Positions 20,276-35,200 of a stretch of 64,000 bases of DNA are shown here, one piece after another. Source of the DNA: Nemertoderma westbladi (taxonomy: Eukaryota; Animalia; Xenacoelomorpha). The notes beneath the pieces are model-generated. The model was not told the DNA's origin. It searched no databases and worked only from the letters and a program-made list of their open reading frames with translations. Numbering within the stretch: position 1 is the stretch's first letter; each line of letters begins with the position of its first letter. The stretch covers positions 47,554 through 111,553 of the forward strand of contig JAUCBJ010001187.1 of NCBI GenBank assembly GCA_032718475.1. The letters are read 5' to 3'. Both the position numbers and the translations under genes were made by a program.

Positions 20276-23200
20276 AACTAAAAGCCAGCAAGCTGGCTAT
20301 AAGACAAACGGAGTGTGGGGGGGTCCCTCCTCATTGAACAGCTTTGCTTACGGTCTAAGAGAGATTCTGAAATGTAGAGCGCGCCCTGTCACTGGAGGTA
20401 TCTCTATCCTATCCACTCTAAATAACTAAGTCTGAGAAAGAGAAATCCCAGCCCCTAAATGTCATTATTATTAACCTATAAAACATTTGAACGGCCCAGT
20501 GCTTATAATTCAATCAGCATGTGTCCCGCCTCCTAACATCGCAGTAAGAAACCCTATAGATATTCAGTGTCCCACCTCCTATCATAGCAGTGAGTAACCC
20601 TATAGATATTCAGTGTCCCACCTCCTATTATAGCAGTGAGTAACCCTATAGATATTCAGTGTCCCACCTCCTATCATAGCAATGAGTAACCCTATAGATA
20701 TTCAGTGTCCCACCTCCTATCATAGCAGTGAGTAACCCTATAGATATTCAGTGTCCCACCTCCTAACATAGCAGTGAGTAACCCTATAGATATTCAGTGT
20801 CCCACCTCCTATCATAGCAGTGAGTAACCCTATAGATATTCAGTGTCCCACCTCCTATCAATGCAGTGAGTAACCCTATAGATATTCAGTGTCCCACCTC
20901 CTATCATAGCAGTGAGAAACCCTATAGATATTCAGTGTCCCACCTCCTATCATAGCAGTGAGTAACCCTATAGATATTCAGTGTCCCACCTCCTATCATA
21001 GCAGTGAGAAACCCTATAGATATTCAGTGTCCCACCTCCTATCATAGCAGTGAGTAACCCTATAGATATTCAGTGTCCCACCTCCTAACATAGCAGTGAG
21101 TAACCCTATAGATATTCAGTGTCCCACCTCCTATCATAGCAGTGAGTAACCCTATAGATATTCAGTGTCCCACCTCCTATCATAGCAGTGAGTAACCCTA
21201 TAGATATTCAGTGTCCCACCTCCTATCATAGCAGTGAGTAACCCTATAGATATTCAGTGTCCCACCTCCTATCATAGCAGTGAGTAACCCTATATATATT
21301 CAGTGTCCCGCCTCCTATTATAGCAGTGAGAAACCCTATAGATATTCAGTGTCCCACCTCTTATTATAGCAGTGAGTAACCCTATAGATATTCAGTGTCC
21401 CACCTCCGATCATAGCAGTGAGTAACCTTATAGATATTCAGTGTCCCACCTCCTATCATAGCAGTGAAAAACCCTATAGATATTCAGTGTCCCACCTCCT
21501 AACATAGCAGTGAGTAACCCTATAGATATTCAGTGTCCCACCTCCTATCATAGCAGTGAGTAACCCTATAGATATTCAGTGTCCCGCCTCCTATTATAGC
21601 AGTGAGAAACCCTATAGATATTCAGTGTCCCACCTCCTAACATAGCAGTGAGTAACCCTATAGATATTCAGTGTCCCACCTCCTATTATAGCAGTGAGTA
21701 ACCCTATAGATATTCAGTGTCCCACCTCCGATCATAGCAGTGAGTAACCTTATAGATATTCAGTGTCCCACCTCCTATCATAGCAGTGAAAAACCCTATA
21801 GATATTCAGTGTCCCACCTCCTATCATAGCAGTGAGTAAACCTATAGATATTCAGTGTCCCACCTCCTATCATAGCAGTGAGTAACCCTATAGATATTCA
21901 GTGTCCCACCTCCTATCATAGCAGTGAGTAACCCTATAGATATTCAGTGTCCCACCTCCTAACAGTCCTAGCAGTGAGTAACCCTATAGATATTCAGTGT
22001 CCCACCTCCTATCATAGCAGTGAGTAACCCTATAGATATTCAGTGTCCCACCTCCTATCATAGCAGTGAAAAACCCTATAGATATTCAGTGTCCTACCTC
22101 CTATCATAGCAGTGAGTAACCCTATAGATATTCAGTGTCCCACCTCCTATTATAGCAGTGAGTAACCCTATAGATATTCAGTGTCCCACCTCCTAACATA
22201 GCAGTGAGTAACCCTATAGATATTCAGTGTCCCACCTCCTAACATAGCAGTGAGTAACCCTATAGATATTCAGTGTCCCACCTCCTATCATAGCAGTGAG
22301 TAAACCTATAGATATTCAGTGTCCCACCTCCTATCATAGCAGTGAGTAACCCTATAGATATTCAGTGACCCACCTCCTAACATAGCAGTGAGTAACCCTA
22401 TAGATATTCAGTGTCCCACCTCCTATCATAGCAGTGAGTAAACCTATAGATATTCAGTGTCCCACCTCCTAACATAGCAGTGAGTAACCCTATAGATATT
22501 CAGTGTCCCACCTCCTAACATAGCAGTGAGTAACCCTATAGATATTCAGTGTCCCACCTCCTAACATAGCAGTGAGTAACCCTATAGATATTCAGTGTCC
22601 CACCTCCTATCATAACAGTGAGAAACCCTATAGATATTCAGTGTCCCACCTCCTACCATAGCAGTGAGAAACCCTATAGATATTCAGTGTCCCGCCTCCT
22701 AACATAGCAGTGAGTAACCCTATAGATATTCAGTGTCCCACCTCCTAACATAGCAGTGAGTAACCCTATAGATATTCAGTGTCCCACCTCCTATCATAAC
22801 AGTGAGAAACCATATAGATATTCAGTGTCCCACCTCCTAACATAGCAGTGAGAAACCCTATAGAAATTCAGTGTCCCGCCTCCTAACATAGCAGTGAGAA
22901 ACCCTATAGATATTCAGTGTCCCACCTCCTATCATAACAGTGAGAAACCCTATAGATATTCAGTGTCCCACCTCCTAACATAACAGTGAGAAACCCTATA
23001 GATATTCAGTGTCCCACCTCCTAACATAGCAGTGAGAAACCCTATAGATATTCAGTGTCCCGCCTCCTAACATAGCAGTGAGTAACCCTATAGATATTCA
23101 GTGTCCCACCTCCTAACATAGCAGTGAGTAACCCTATAGATATTCAGTGTCCCACCTCCTATCATAACAGTGAGAAACCCTATAGATATTCAGTGTCCCA

Positions 23201-26200
23201 CCTCCTAACATAGCAGTGAGAAACCCTATAGATATTCAGTGTCCCGCCTCCTATCATAGCAGTGAGTAAACCTATAGATATTCAGTGTCCCACCTCCTAT
23301 CATAGCAGTGAGTAACCCTATAGATATTCAGTGTCCCACCTCCTAACATAGCAGTGAGTAACCTTATAGATATTCAGTGTCCCACCTCCTATCATAGCAG
23401 TGAGTAACCCTATAGATATTCAGTGTCCCGCCTCCTAACATAGCAGTGAGTAACCCTATAGATATTCAGTGTCCCACCTCCTAACATAGCAGTGAGTAAC
23501 CCTATAGATATTCAGTGTCCCACCTCCTATCATAGCAGTGAGTAAACCTATAGATATTCAGTGTCCCACCTCCTATCATAGCAGTGAGTAACCCTATAGA
23601 TATTCATTGTCCCGCCTCCTATCATAGCAGTGAGTAAACCTATAGATATTCAGTGTCCCACCTCCTATCATAGCAGTGAGTAACCCTATAGATATCCAGT
23701 GTCCCACCTCCTAACATAGCAGTGAGTAACCCTATAGATATTCAGTGTCCCACCTCCTATTATAGCAGTGAGTAACCCTATAGATATTCAGTGTCCCACC
23801 TCCTATTATAGCAGTGAGTAACCCTATAGATATTCAGTGTCCCACCTCCTATCATAGCAGTGAGTAACCCTATAGATATTCAGTGTCCCACCTCCTATCA
23901 TAGCAGTGAGTAACCCTATATATATTCAGTGTCCCGCCTCCTATTATAGCAGTGAGAAACCCTATAGATATTCAGTGTCCCACCTCTTATTATAGCAGTG
24001 AGTAACCCTATAGATATTCAGTGTCCCACCTCCGATCATAGCAGTGAGTAACCTTATAGATATTCAGTGTCCCACCTCCTATCATAGCAGTGAAAAACCC
24101 TATAGATATTCAGTGTCCCACCTCCTAACATAGCAGTGAGTAACCCTATAGATATTCAGTGTCCCACCTCCTATCATAGCAGTGAGTAACCCTATAGATA
24201 TTCAGTGTCCCGCCTCCTATTATAGCAGTGAGAAACCCTATAGATATTCAGTGTCCCACCTCCTAACATAGCAGTGAGTAACCCTATAGATATTCAGTGT
24301 CCCACCTCCTATTATAGCAGTGAGTAACCCTATAGATATTCAGTGTCCCACCTCCGATCATAGCAGTGAGTAACCTTATAGATATTCAGTGTCCCACCTC
24401 CTATCATAGCAGTGAAAAACCCTATAGATATTCAGTGTCCCACCTCCTATCATAGCAGTGAGTAAACCTATAGATATTCAGTGTCCCACCTCCTATCATA
24501 GCAGTGAGTAACCCTATAGATATTCAGTGTCCCACCTCCTATCATAGCAGTGAGTAACCCTATAGATATTCAGTGTCCCACCTCCTAACAGTCCTAGCAG
24601 TGAGTAACCCTATAGATATTCAGTGTCCCACCTCCTATCATAGCAGTGAGTAACCCTATAGATATTCAGTGTCCCACCTCCTATCATAGCAGTGAAAAAC
24701 CCTATAGATATTCAGTGTCCTACCTCCTATCATAGCAGTGAGTAACCCTATAGATATTCAGTGTCCCACCTCCTATTATAGCAGTGAGTAACCCTATAGA
24801 TATTCAGTGTCCCACCTCCTAACATAGCAGTGAGTAACCCTATAGATATTCAGTGTCCCACCTCCTATTATAGCAGTGAGTAACCCTATAGATATTCAGT
24901 GTCCCACCTCCTAACATAGCAGTGAGTAACCCTATAGATATTCAGTGTCCCACCTCCTAACATAGCAGTGAGTAACCCTATAGATATTCAGTGTCCCACC
25001 TCCTATCATAGCAGTGAGTAACCCTATAGATATTCAGTGTCCCGCCTCCTAACATAGCAGTGAGTAACCCTATAGATATTCAGTGTCCCACCTCCTAACA
25101 TAGCAGTGAGTAACCCTATAGATATTCAGTGTCCCACCTCCTATCATAGCAGTGAGTAACCATATAGATATTCAGTGTCCCACCTCCTATCATAGCAGTG
25201 AGTAACCCTATAGATATTCAGTGTCCCACCTCCTAACATAGCAGTGAGTAACCCTATAGATATTCAGTGTCCCACCTCCTATCATAGCAGTGAGTAAACC
25301 TATAGATATTCAGTGTCCCACCTCCTATCATAGCAGTGAGTAACCCTATAGATATTCAGTGACCCACCTCCTAACATAGCAGTGAGTAACCCTATAGATA
25401 TTCAGTGTCCCACCTCCTATCATAGCAGTGAGTAAACCTATAGATATTCAGTGTCCCACCTCCTAACATAGCAGTGAGTAACCCTATAGATATTCAGTGT
25501 CCCACCTCCTAACATAGCAGTGAGTAACCCTATAGATATTCAGTGTCCCACCTCCTAACATAGCAGTGAGTAACCCTATAGATATTCAGTGTCCCACCTC
25601 CTATCATAACAGTGAGAAACCCTATAGATATTCAGTGTCCCACCTCCTACCATAGCAGTGAGAAACCCTATAGATATTCAGTGTCCCGCCTCCTAACATA
25701 GCAGTGAGTAACCCTATAGATATTCAGTGTCCCACCTCCTAACATAGCAGTGAGTAACCCTATAGATATTCAGTGTCCCACCTCCTATCATAACAGTGAG
25801 AAACCATATAGATATTCAGTGTCCCACCTCCTAACATAGCAGTGAGAAACCCTATAGAAATTCAGTGTCCCGCCTCCTAACATAGCAGTGAGAAACCCTA
25901 TAGATATTCAGTGTCCCACCTCCTATCATAACAGTGAGAAACCCTATAGATATTCAGTGTCCCACCTCCTAACATAACAGTGAGAAACCCTATAGATATT
26001 CAGTGTCCCACCTCCTAACATAGCAGTGAGAAACCCTATAGATATTCAGTGTCCCGCCTCCTAACATAGCAGTGAGTAACCCTATAGATATTCAGTGTCC
26101 CACCTCCTAACATAGCAGTGAGTAACCCTATAGATATTCAGTGTCCCACCTCCTATCATAACAGTGAGAAACCCTATAGATATTCAGTGTCCCACCTCCT

Positions 26201-29200
26201 AACATAGCAGTGAGAAACCCTATAGATATTCAGTGTCCCGCCTCCTAACATAGCAGTGAGTAACCCTATAGATATTCAGTGTCCCACCTCCTATCATAGC
26301 AGTGAGTAACCCTATAGATATTCAGTGTCCCACCTCCTATTATAGCAGTGAGTAACCCTATAGATATTCAGTGTCCCGCCTCCTAACATAGCAGTGAGTA
26401 ACCCTATAGATATTCAGTGTCCCACCTCCTATCATAACAGTGAGAAACCCTATAGATATTCAGTGTCCCACCTCCTAACATAGCAGTGAGAAACCCTATA
26501 GATATTCAGTGTCCCGCCTCCTAACATAGCAGTGAGTACCCCTAGAGATATTCAGTGTCCCACCTCCTATCATAGCAGTGAGTAACCCTATAGATATTCA
26601 GTGTCCCACCTCCTATCATAGCAGTGAGTAAACCTATAGATATTCAGTGTCCCACCTCCTATCATAGCAGTGAGTAACCCTATAGATATTCAGTGTCCCG
26701 CCTCCTAACATAGCAGTGAGTAACCCTATAGATATTCAGTGTCCCACCTCCTAACATAGCAGTGAGTAACCCTATAGATATTCAGTGTCCCACCTCCTAT
26801 CATAGCAGTGAGTAAACCTATAGATATTCAGTGTCCCACCTCCTATCATAGCAGTGAGTAACCCTATAGATATTCATTGTCCCGCCTCCTATCATAGCAG
26901 TGAGTAAACCTATAGATATTCAGTGTCCCACCTCCTATCATAGCAGTGAGTAACCCTATAGATATTCAGTGTCCCACCTCCTAACATAGCAGTGAGTAAC
27001 CCTATAGATATTCAGTGTCCCACCTCCTATTATAGCAGTGAGTAACCCTATAGATATTCAGTGTCCCACCTCCTATTATAGCAGTGAGTAACCCTATAGA
27101 TATTCAGTGTCCCACCTCCTGTCATAGCAGTGAGTAACCCTATAGATATTCAGTGTCCCACCTCCTATCATAACAGTGAGTAACCCTATAGATATTCAGT
27201 GTCCCACCTCCTATCATAGCAGTGAGTAAACCTATAGATATTCAGTGTCCCACCTCCTAACATAGCAGTGAGTAAACCTATAGATATTCAGTGTCCCACC
27301 TCCTATCGTAGCAGTGAGTAACCCTATAGATATTCAGTGTCCCACCTCCTATCGTAGCAGTGAGTAACCCTATAGATATTCAGTGTCCCACCTCCTATCA
27401 TAGCAGTGAGTAACCCTATAGATATTCAGTGTCCCACCTCCTATCATAGCAGTGAGTAACCCTATAGATATTCAGTGTCCCACCTCCTATCATAGCAGTG
27501 AGAAACCCTATAGATATTCAGTGTCCCGCCTCCTAACATAGCAGTGAGTAACCCTATAGATATTCAGTGTCCCACCTCCTATCATAGCAGTGAGTAACCC
27601 TATAGATATTCAGTGTCCCACCTCCTATCATAGCAGTGAGAAACCCTATAGATATTCAGTGTCCCGCCTCCTAACATAGCAGTGAGTAACCCTATAGATA
27701 TTCAGTGTCCCACCTCCTATTATAGCAGTGAGTAACCCTATAGATATTCAGTGTCCCACCTCCTTTCATAGCAGTGAGTAACCCTATAGATATTCAGTGT
27801 CCCACCTCCTATCATAGCAGTGAGAAACCCTATAGATATTCAGTGTCCCGCCTCCTAACATAGCAGTGAGTAACCCTATAGATATTCAGTGTCCCACCTC
27901 CTAACATAGCAGTGAGTAACCCTATAGATATTCAGTGTCCCACCTCCTAACATAGCAGTGAGTAACCCTATAGATATTCAGTGTCCCACCTCCTATTATA
28001 GCAGTGAGTAACCCTATAGATATTCAGTGTCCCGCCTCCTAACATAGCAGTGAGTAACCCTATAGATATTCAGTGTCCCACCTCCTATCATAGCAGTGAG
28101 TAACCCTATAGATATTCAGTGTCCCACCTCCTATCATAGCAGTGAGTAACCCTATAGATATTCAGTGTCCCACCTCCTGTCATAGCAGTGAGTAACCTTA
28201 TAGATATTCAGTGTCCCACCTCCTATCATAGCAGTGAAAAACCATATAGATATTCAGTGTCCCACCTCCTATCATAGCAGTGAGTAACCCTATAGATATT
28301 CAGTGTCCCACCTCCTGTCATAGCAGTGAGTAACCTTATAGATATTCAGTGTCCCACCTCCTATCATAGCAGTGAAAAACCCTATAGATATTCAGTGTCC
28401 CACCTCCTGTCATAGCAGTGAGTAACCTTATAGATATTCAGTGTCCCACCTCCTATCATAGCAGTGAAAAACCCTATAGATATTCAGTGTCCCACCTCCT
28501 ATCATAGCAGTGAGTAACCCTATAGATATTCAGTGTCCCACCTCCTAACAGTCCTAGCAGTGAGTAACCCTATAGATATTCAGTGTCCCACCTCCTATCA
28601 TAGCAGTGAGTAACCCTATAGATATTCAGTGTCCCACCTCCTATCGTAGCAGTGAGTAAACCTATAGATATTCAGTGTCCCACCTCCTGTCATAGCAGTG
28701 AGTAACCCTATAGATATTCAGTGTCCCACCTCCTATCATAGCAGTGAGTAACCCTATAGATATTCAGTGTCCCACCTCCTAACATAGCAGTGAGTAACCC
28801 TATAGATATTCAGTGTCCCACCTCCTATCATAGCAGTGAGTAAACCTATAGATATTCAGTGTCCCACCTCCTAACATAGCAGTGAGTAAACCTATAGATA
28901 TTCAGTGTCCCACCTCCTATCGTAGCAGTGAGTAACCCTATAGATATTCAGTGTCCCACCTCCTATCGTAGCAGTGAGTAACCCTATAGATATTCAGTGT
29001 CCCACCTCCTATCATAGCAGTGAGTAACCCCATAGATATTCAGTGTCCCACCTCCTATCATAGCAGTGAGTAACCCTATAGATATTCAGTGTCCCACCTC
29101 CTATCATAGCAGTGAAAAACCCTATAGATATTCAGTGTCCCACCTCCTGTCATAGCAGTGAGTAACCTTATAGATATTCAGTGTCCCACCTCCTATCATA

Positions 29201-32200
29201 GCAGTGAAAAACCCTATAGATATTCAGTGTCCCACCTCCTATCATAGCAGTGAGTAACCCTATAGATATTCAGTGTCCCACCTCCTATCATAGCAGTGAG
29301 AAACCCTATAGATATTCAGTGTCCCGCCTCCTAACATAGCAGTGAGTAACCCTATAGATATTCAGTGTCCCACCTCCTATCATAGCAGTGAGTAACCCTA
29401 TAGATATTCAGTGTCCCACCTCCTATCATAGCAGTGAGAAACCCTATAGATATTCAGTGTCCCGCCTCCTAACATAGCAGTGAGTAACCCTATAGATATT
29501 CAGTGTCCCACCTCCTATTATAGCAGTGAGTAACCCTATAGATATTCAGTGTCCCACCTCCTTTCATAGCAGTGAGTAACCCTATAGATATTTAGTGTCC
29601 CACCTCCTATCATAGCAGTGAGAAACCCTATAGATATTCAGTGTCCCGCCTCCTAACATAGCAGTGAGTAACCCTATAGATATTCAGTGTCCCACCTCCT
29701 AACATAGCAGTGAGTAACCCTATAGATATTCAGTGTCCCACCTCCTAACATAGCAGTGAGTAACCCTATAGATATTCAGTGTCCCACCTCCTATTATAGC
29801 AGTGAGTAACCCTATAGATATTCAGTGTCCCGCCTCCTAACATAGCAGTGAGTAACCCTATAGATATTCAGTGTCCCACCTCCTATCATAGCAGTGAGTA
29901 ACCCTATAGATATTCAGTGTCCCACCTCCTATCATAGCAGTGAGTAACCCTATAGATATTCAGTGTCCCACCTCCTGTCATAGCAGTGAGTAACCTTATA
30001 GATATTCAGTGTCCCACCTCCTATCATAGCAGTGAAAAACCATATAGATATTCAGTGTCCCACCTCCTATCATAGCAGTGAGTAACCCTATAGATATTCA
30101 GTGTCCCACCTCCTGTCATAGCAGTGAGTAACCTTATAGATATTCAGTGTCCCACCTCCTATCATAGCAGTGAAAAACCCTATAGATATTCAGTGTCCCA
30201 CCTCCTGTCATAGCAGTGAGTAACCTTATAGATATTCAGTGTCCCACCTCCTATCATAGCAGTGAAAAACCCTATAGATATTCAGTGTCCCACCTCCTAT
30301 CATAGCAGTGAGTAACCCTATAGATATTCAGTGTCCCACCTCCTAACAGTCCTAGCAGTGAGTAACCCTATAGATATTCAGTGTCCCACCTCCTATCATA
30401 GCAGTGAGTAACCCTATAGATATTCAGTGTCCCACCTCCTATCGTAGCAGTGAGTAAACCTATAGATATTCAGTGTCCCACCTCCTGTCATAGCAGTGAG
30501 TAACCCTATAGATATTCAGTGTCCCACCTCCTATCATAGCAGTGAGTAACCCTATAGATATTCAGTGTCCCACCTCCTAACATAGCAGTGAGTAACCCTA
30601 TAGATATTCAGTGTCCCACCTCCGATCATAGCAGTGAGTAACCCTATAGATATTCAGTGTCCCACCTCCTATCATAACAGTGAGAAACCCTATAGATATT
30701 CAGTGTCCCACCTCCGATCATAGCAGTGAGTAACCCTATAGATATTCAGTGTCCCACCTCCTATCATAGCAGTGAGTAACCCTATAGATATTCAGTGTCC
30801 CACCTCCTATTATAGCAGTGAGTAACCCTATAGATATTCAGTGTCCCACCTCCTATCGTAGCAGTGAGTAACCCTATAGATATTCAGTGTCCCACCTCCT
30901 ATCATAGCAGTGAGTAACCCTATAGATATTCAGTGTCCCGCCTCCTAACAGTCCTAGCAGTGAGTAACCCTATAGATATTCAGTGTCCCACCTCCTATCA
31001 TAGCAGTGAGAAACCCTATAGATATTCAGTGTCCCACCTCCTAACAGTCCTAGCAGTGAGTAACCCTATAGATATTCAGTGTCCCACCTCCTATCATAGC
31101 AGTGAGAAACCCTATAGATATTCAGTGTCCCGCCTCCTAACATAGCAGTGAGTAACCCTATAGATATTCAGTGTCCCACCTCCTATTATAGCAGTGAGTA
31201 ACCCTATAGATATTCAGTGTCCCACCTCCTTTCATAGCAGTGAGTAACCCTATAGATATTCAGTGTCCCACCTCCTATCATAGCAGTGAGAAACCCTATA
31301 GATATTCAGTGTCCCACCTCCTAACATAGCAGTGAGTAACCCTATAGATATTCAGTGTCCCACCTCCTATCATAGCAGTGAGTAACCCTATAGATATTCA
31401 GTGTCCCACCTCCTAACATAGCAGTGAGAAACCCTATAGATATTCAGTGTCCCTCCTCCTAACATAGCAGTGAGTAACCCTATAGATATTCAGTGTCCCA
31501 CCTCCTAACATAGCAGTGAGAAACCCTATAGATATTCAGTGTCCCACCTCCTAACATAGCAGTGAGTAACCCTATAGATATTCAGTGTCCCACCTCCTAT
31601 CATAGCAGTGAGAAACCCTATAGATATTCAGTGTCCCGCCTCCTAACATAGCAGTGAGTAACCCTATAGATATTCAGTGTCCCACCTCCTATTATAGCAG
31701 TGAGTAACCCTATAGATATTCAGTGTCCCACCTCCTTTCATAGCAGTGAGTAACCCTATAGATATTCAGTGTCCCACCTCCTATCATAGCAGTGAGAAAC
31801 CCTATAGATATTCAGTGTCCCACCTCCTAACATAGCAGTGAGTAACCCTATAGATATTCAGTGTCCCACCTCCTATCATAGCAGTGAGTAACCCTATAGA
31901 TATTCAGTGTCCCACATCCTAACATAGCAGTGAGTAACCCTATAGATATTCAGTGTCCCACCTCCTATCATAGCAGTGAGTAACCCTATAGATATTCAGT
32001 GTCCCACCTCCTATCATAGCAGTGAGTAACCCTATAGATATTCAGTGTCCCACCTCCTATCATAGCAGTGAGAAACCCTATAGATACTCAGTGTCCCGCC
32101 TCCTAACATAGCAGTGAGTAACCCTATAGATATTCAGTGTCCCACCTCCTATCATAGCAGTGAGTAACCCTATAGATATTCAGTGTCCCATCTCCTATCA

Positions 32201-35200
32201 TAGCAGTGAGAAACCCTATAGATATTCAGTGTCCCGCCTCCTAACATAGCAGTGAGTAACCCTATAGATATTCAGTGTCCCACCTCCTATTATAGCAGTG
32301 AGTAACCCTATAGATATTCAGTGTCCCACCTCCTATCATAGCAGTGAGTAACCCTATAGATATTCAGTGTCCCACCTCCTATCATAGCAGTGAGAAACCC
32401 TATAGATATTCAGTGTCCCGCCTCCTAACATAGCAGTGAGTAACCCTATAGATATTCAGTGTCCCACCTCCTTTCATAGCAGTGAGTAACCCTATAGATA
32501 TTCAGTGTCCCACCTCCTATCATAGCAGTGAGAAACCCTATAGATATTCAGTGTCCCGCCTCCTAACATAGCAGTGAGTAACCCTATAGATATTCAGTGT
32601 CCCACCTCCTATTATAGCAGTGAGTAACCCTATAGATATTCAGTGTCCCACCTCCTTTCATAGCAGTGAGTAACCCTATAGATATTCAGTGTCCCACCTC
32701 CTATCATAGCAGTGAGTAACCCTATAGATATTCAGTGTCCCACCTCCTATTATAGCAGTGAGTAACCCTATAGATATTCAGTGTCCCACCTCCTTTCATA
32801 GCAGTGAGTAACCCTATAGATATTCAGTGTCCCACCTCCTATCATAGCAGTGAGTAACCCTATAGATATTCAGTGTCCCACCTCCTATCATAGCAGTGAG
32901 AAACCCTATAGATATTCAGTGTCCCGCCTCCTAACATAGCAGTGAGTAACCCTATAGATATTCAGTGTCCCACCTCCTATCATAGCAGTGAGTAACCCTA
33001 TAGATATTCAGTGTCCCACCTCCTATCATAGCAGTGAGTAACCCTATAGATATTCAGTGTCCCACCTCCTATCATAGCAGTGAGTAACCCTATAGATATT
33101 CAGTGTCCCACCTCCTATTATAGCAGTGAGTAACCCTATAGATATTCAGTGTCCCACCTCCTATTATAGCAGTGAGTAACCCTATAGATATTCAGTGTCC
33201 CACCTCCTATTATAGCAGTGAGTAACCCTATAGATATTCAGTGTCCCACCTCCGATCATAGCAGTGAGTAACCCTATAGATATTCAGTGTCCCACCTCCT
33301 ATCATAGCAGTGAGTAACCCTATAGATATTCAGTGTCCCACCTCCTAACAGTCCTAGCAGTGAGTAACCCTATAGATATTCAGTGTCCCACCTCCTAACA
33401 TAGCAGTGAGTAACCCTATAGATATTCAGTGTCCCACCTCCTATCATAGCAGTGAGTAACCCTATAGATATTCAGTGTCCCACCTCCTATCATAGCAGTG
33501 AGTAACCCTATAGATATTCAGTGTCCCACCTCCTATCATAGCAGTGAGTAACCCTATAGATATTCAGTGTCCCACCTCCTATCATAGCAGTGAGTAACCC
33601 TATAGATATTCAGTGTCCCACCTCCTATCATAGCAGTGAGTAACCCTATAGATATTCAGTGTCCCACCTCCTAACAGTCCTAGCAGTGAGTAACCCTATA
33701 GATATTCAGTGTCCCACCTCCTATCATAGCAGTGAGTAACCCTATAGATATTCAGTGTCCCACCTCCTAACAGTCCTAGCAGTGAGTAACCCTATAGATA
33801 TTCAGTGTCCCACCTCCTATCATAGCAATGAGTAACCCTATAGATATTCAGTGTCCCACCTCCTATTATAGCAGTGAGTAACCCTATAGATATTCAGTGT
33901 CCCACCTCCTATTATAGCAGTGAGTAACCCTATAGATATTCAGTGTCCCACCTCCTATCATAGCAGTGAGTAACCCTATAGATATTCAGTGTCCCACCTC
34001 CTATTATAGCAGTGAGTAACCCTATAGATATTCAGTGTCCCACCTCCTATCATAGCAGTGAGTAACCCTATAGATATTCAGTGTCCCACCTCCTAACATA
34101 GCAGTGAGTAACCCTATAGATATTCAGTGTCCCACCTCCTATCATAGCAGTGAGTAACCCTATAGATATTCAGTGTCCCGCCTCCTATCATAGCAGTGAG
34201 TAACCCTATAGATATTCAGTGTCCCACCTCCTATCATAGCAGTGAGTAACCCTATAGATATTCAGTGTCCCACCTCCTAACATAGCAGTGAGTAACCCTA
34301 TAGATATTCAGTGTCCCACCTCCTATCATAGCAGTGAGTAACCCTATAGATATTCAGTGTCCCACCTCCTAACATAGCAGTGAGTAACCCTATAGATATT
34401 CAGTGTCCCACCTCCTATTATAGCAGTGAGTAACCCTATAGATATTCAGTGTCCCACCTCCTATCATAGCAGTGAGTAACCCTATAGATATTCAGTGTCC
34501 CACCTCCTATCATAGCAGTGAGTAACCCTATAGATATTCAGTGTCCCACCTCCTAACATAGCAGTGAGAAACCCTATAGATATTCAGTGTCCCACCTCCT
34601 ATCATAGCAGTGAGTAACCCTATAGATATTCAGTGTCCCACCTCCTATCATAGCAGTGAGTAACCCTATAGATATTCAGTGTCCCACCTCCTAACATAGC
34701 AGTGAGTAACCCTATAGATATTCAGTGTCCCACCTCCTATTATAGCAGTGAGTAACCCTATAGATATTCAGTGTCCCACCTCCTATCATAGCAGTGAGTA
34801 ACCCTATAGATATTCAGTGTCCCACCTCCTATCATAGCAGTGAGTAACCCTATAGATATTCAGTGTCCCACCTCCTAACATAGCAGTGAGTAACCCTATA
34901 GATATTCAGTGTCCCACCTCCTATCATAGCAGTGAGTAACCCTATAGATATTCAGTGTCCCACCTCCTATCGTAGCAGTGAGTAACCCTATAGATATTCA
35001 GTGTCCCACCTCCTAACATAGCAGTGAGTAACCCTATAGATATTCAGTGTCCCACCTCCTAACATAGCAGTGAGTAACCCTATAGATATTCAGTGTCCCA
35101 CCTCCTAACAGTCCTAGCAGTGAGTAACCCTATAGATATTCAGTGTCCCACCTCCTATCATAGCAGTGAGTAACCCTATAGATATTCAGTGTCCCACCTC

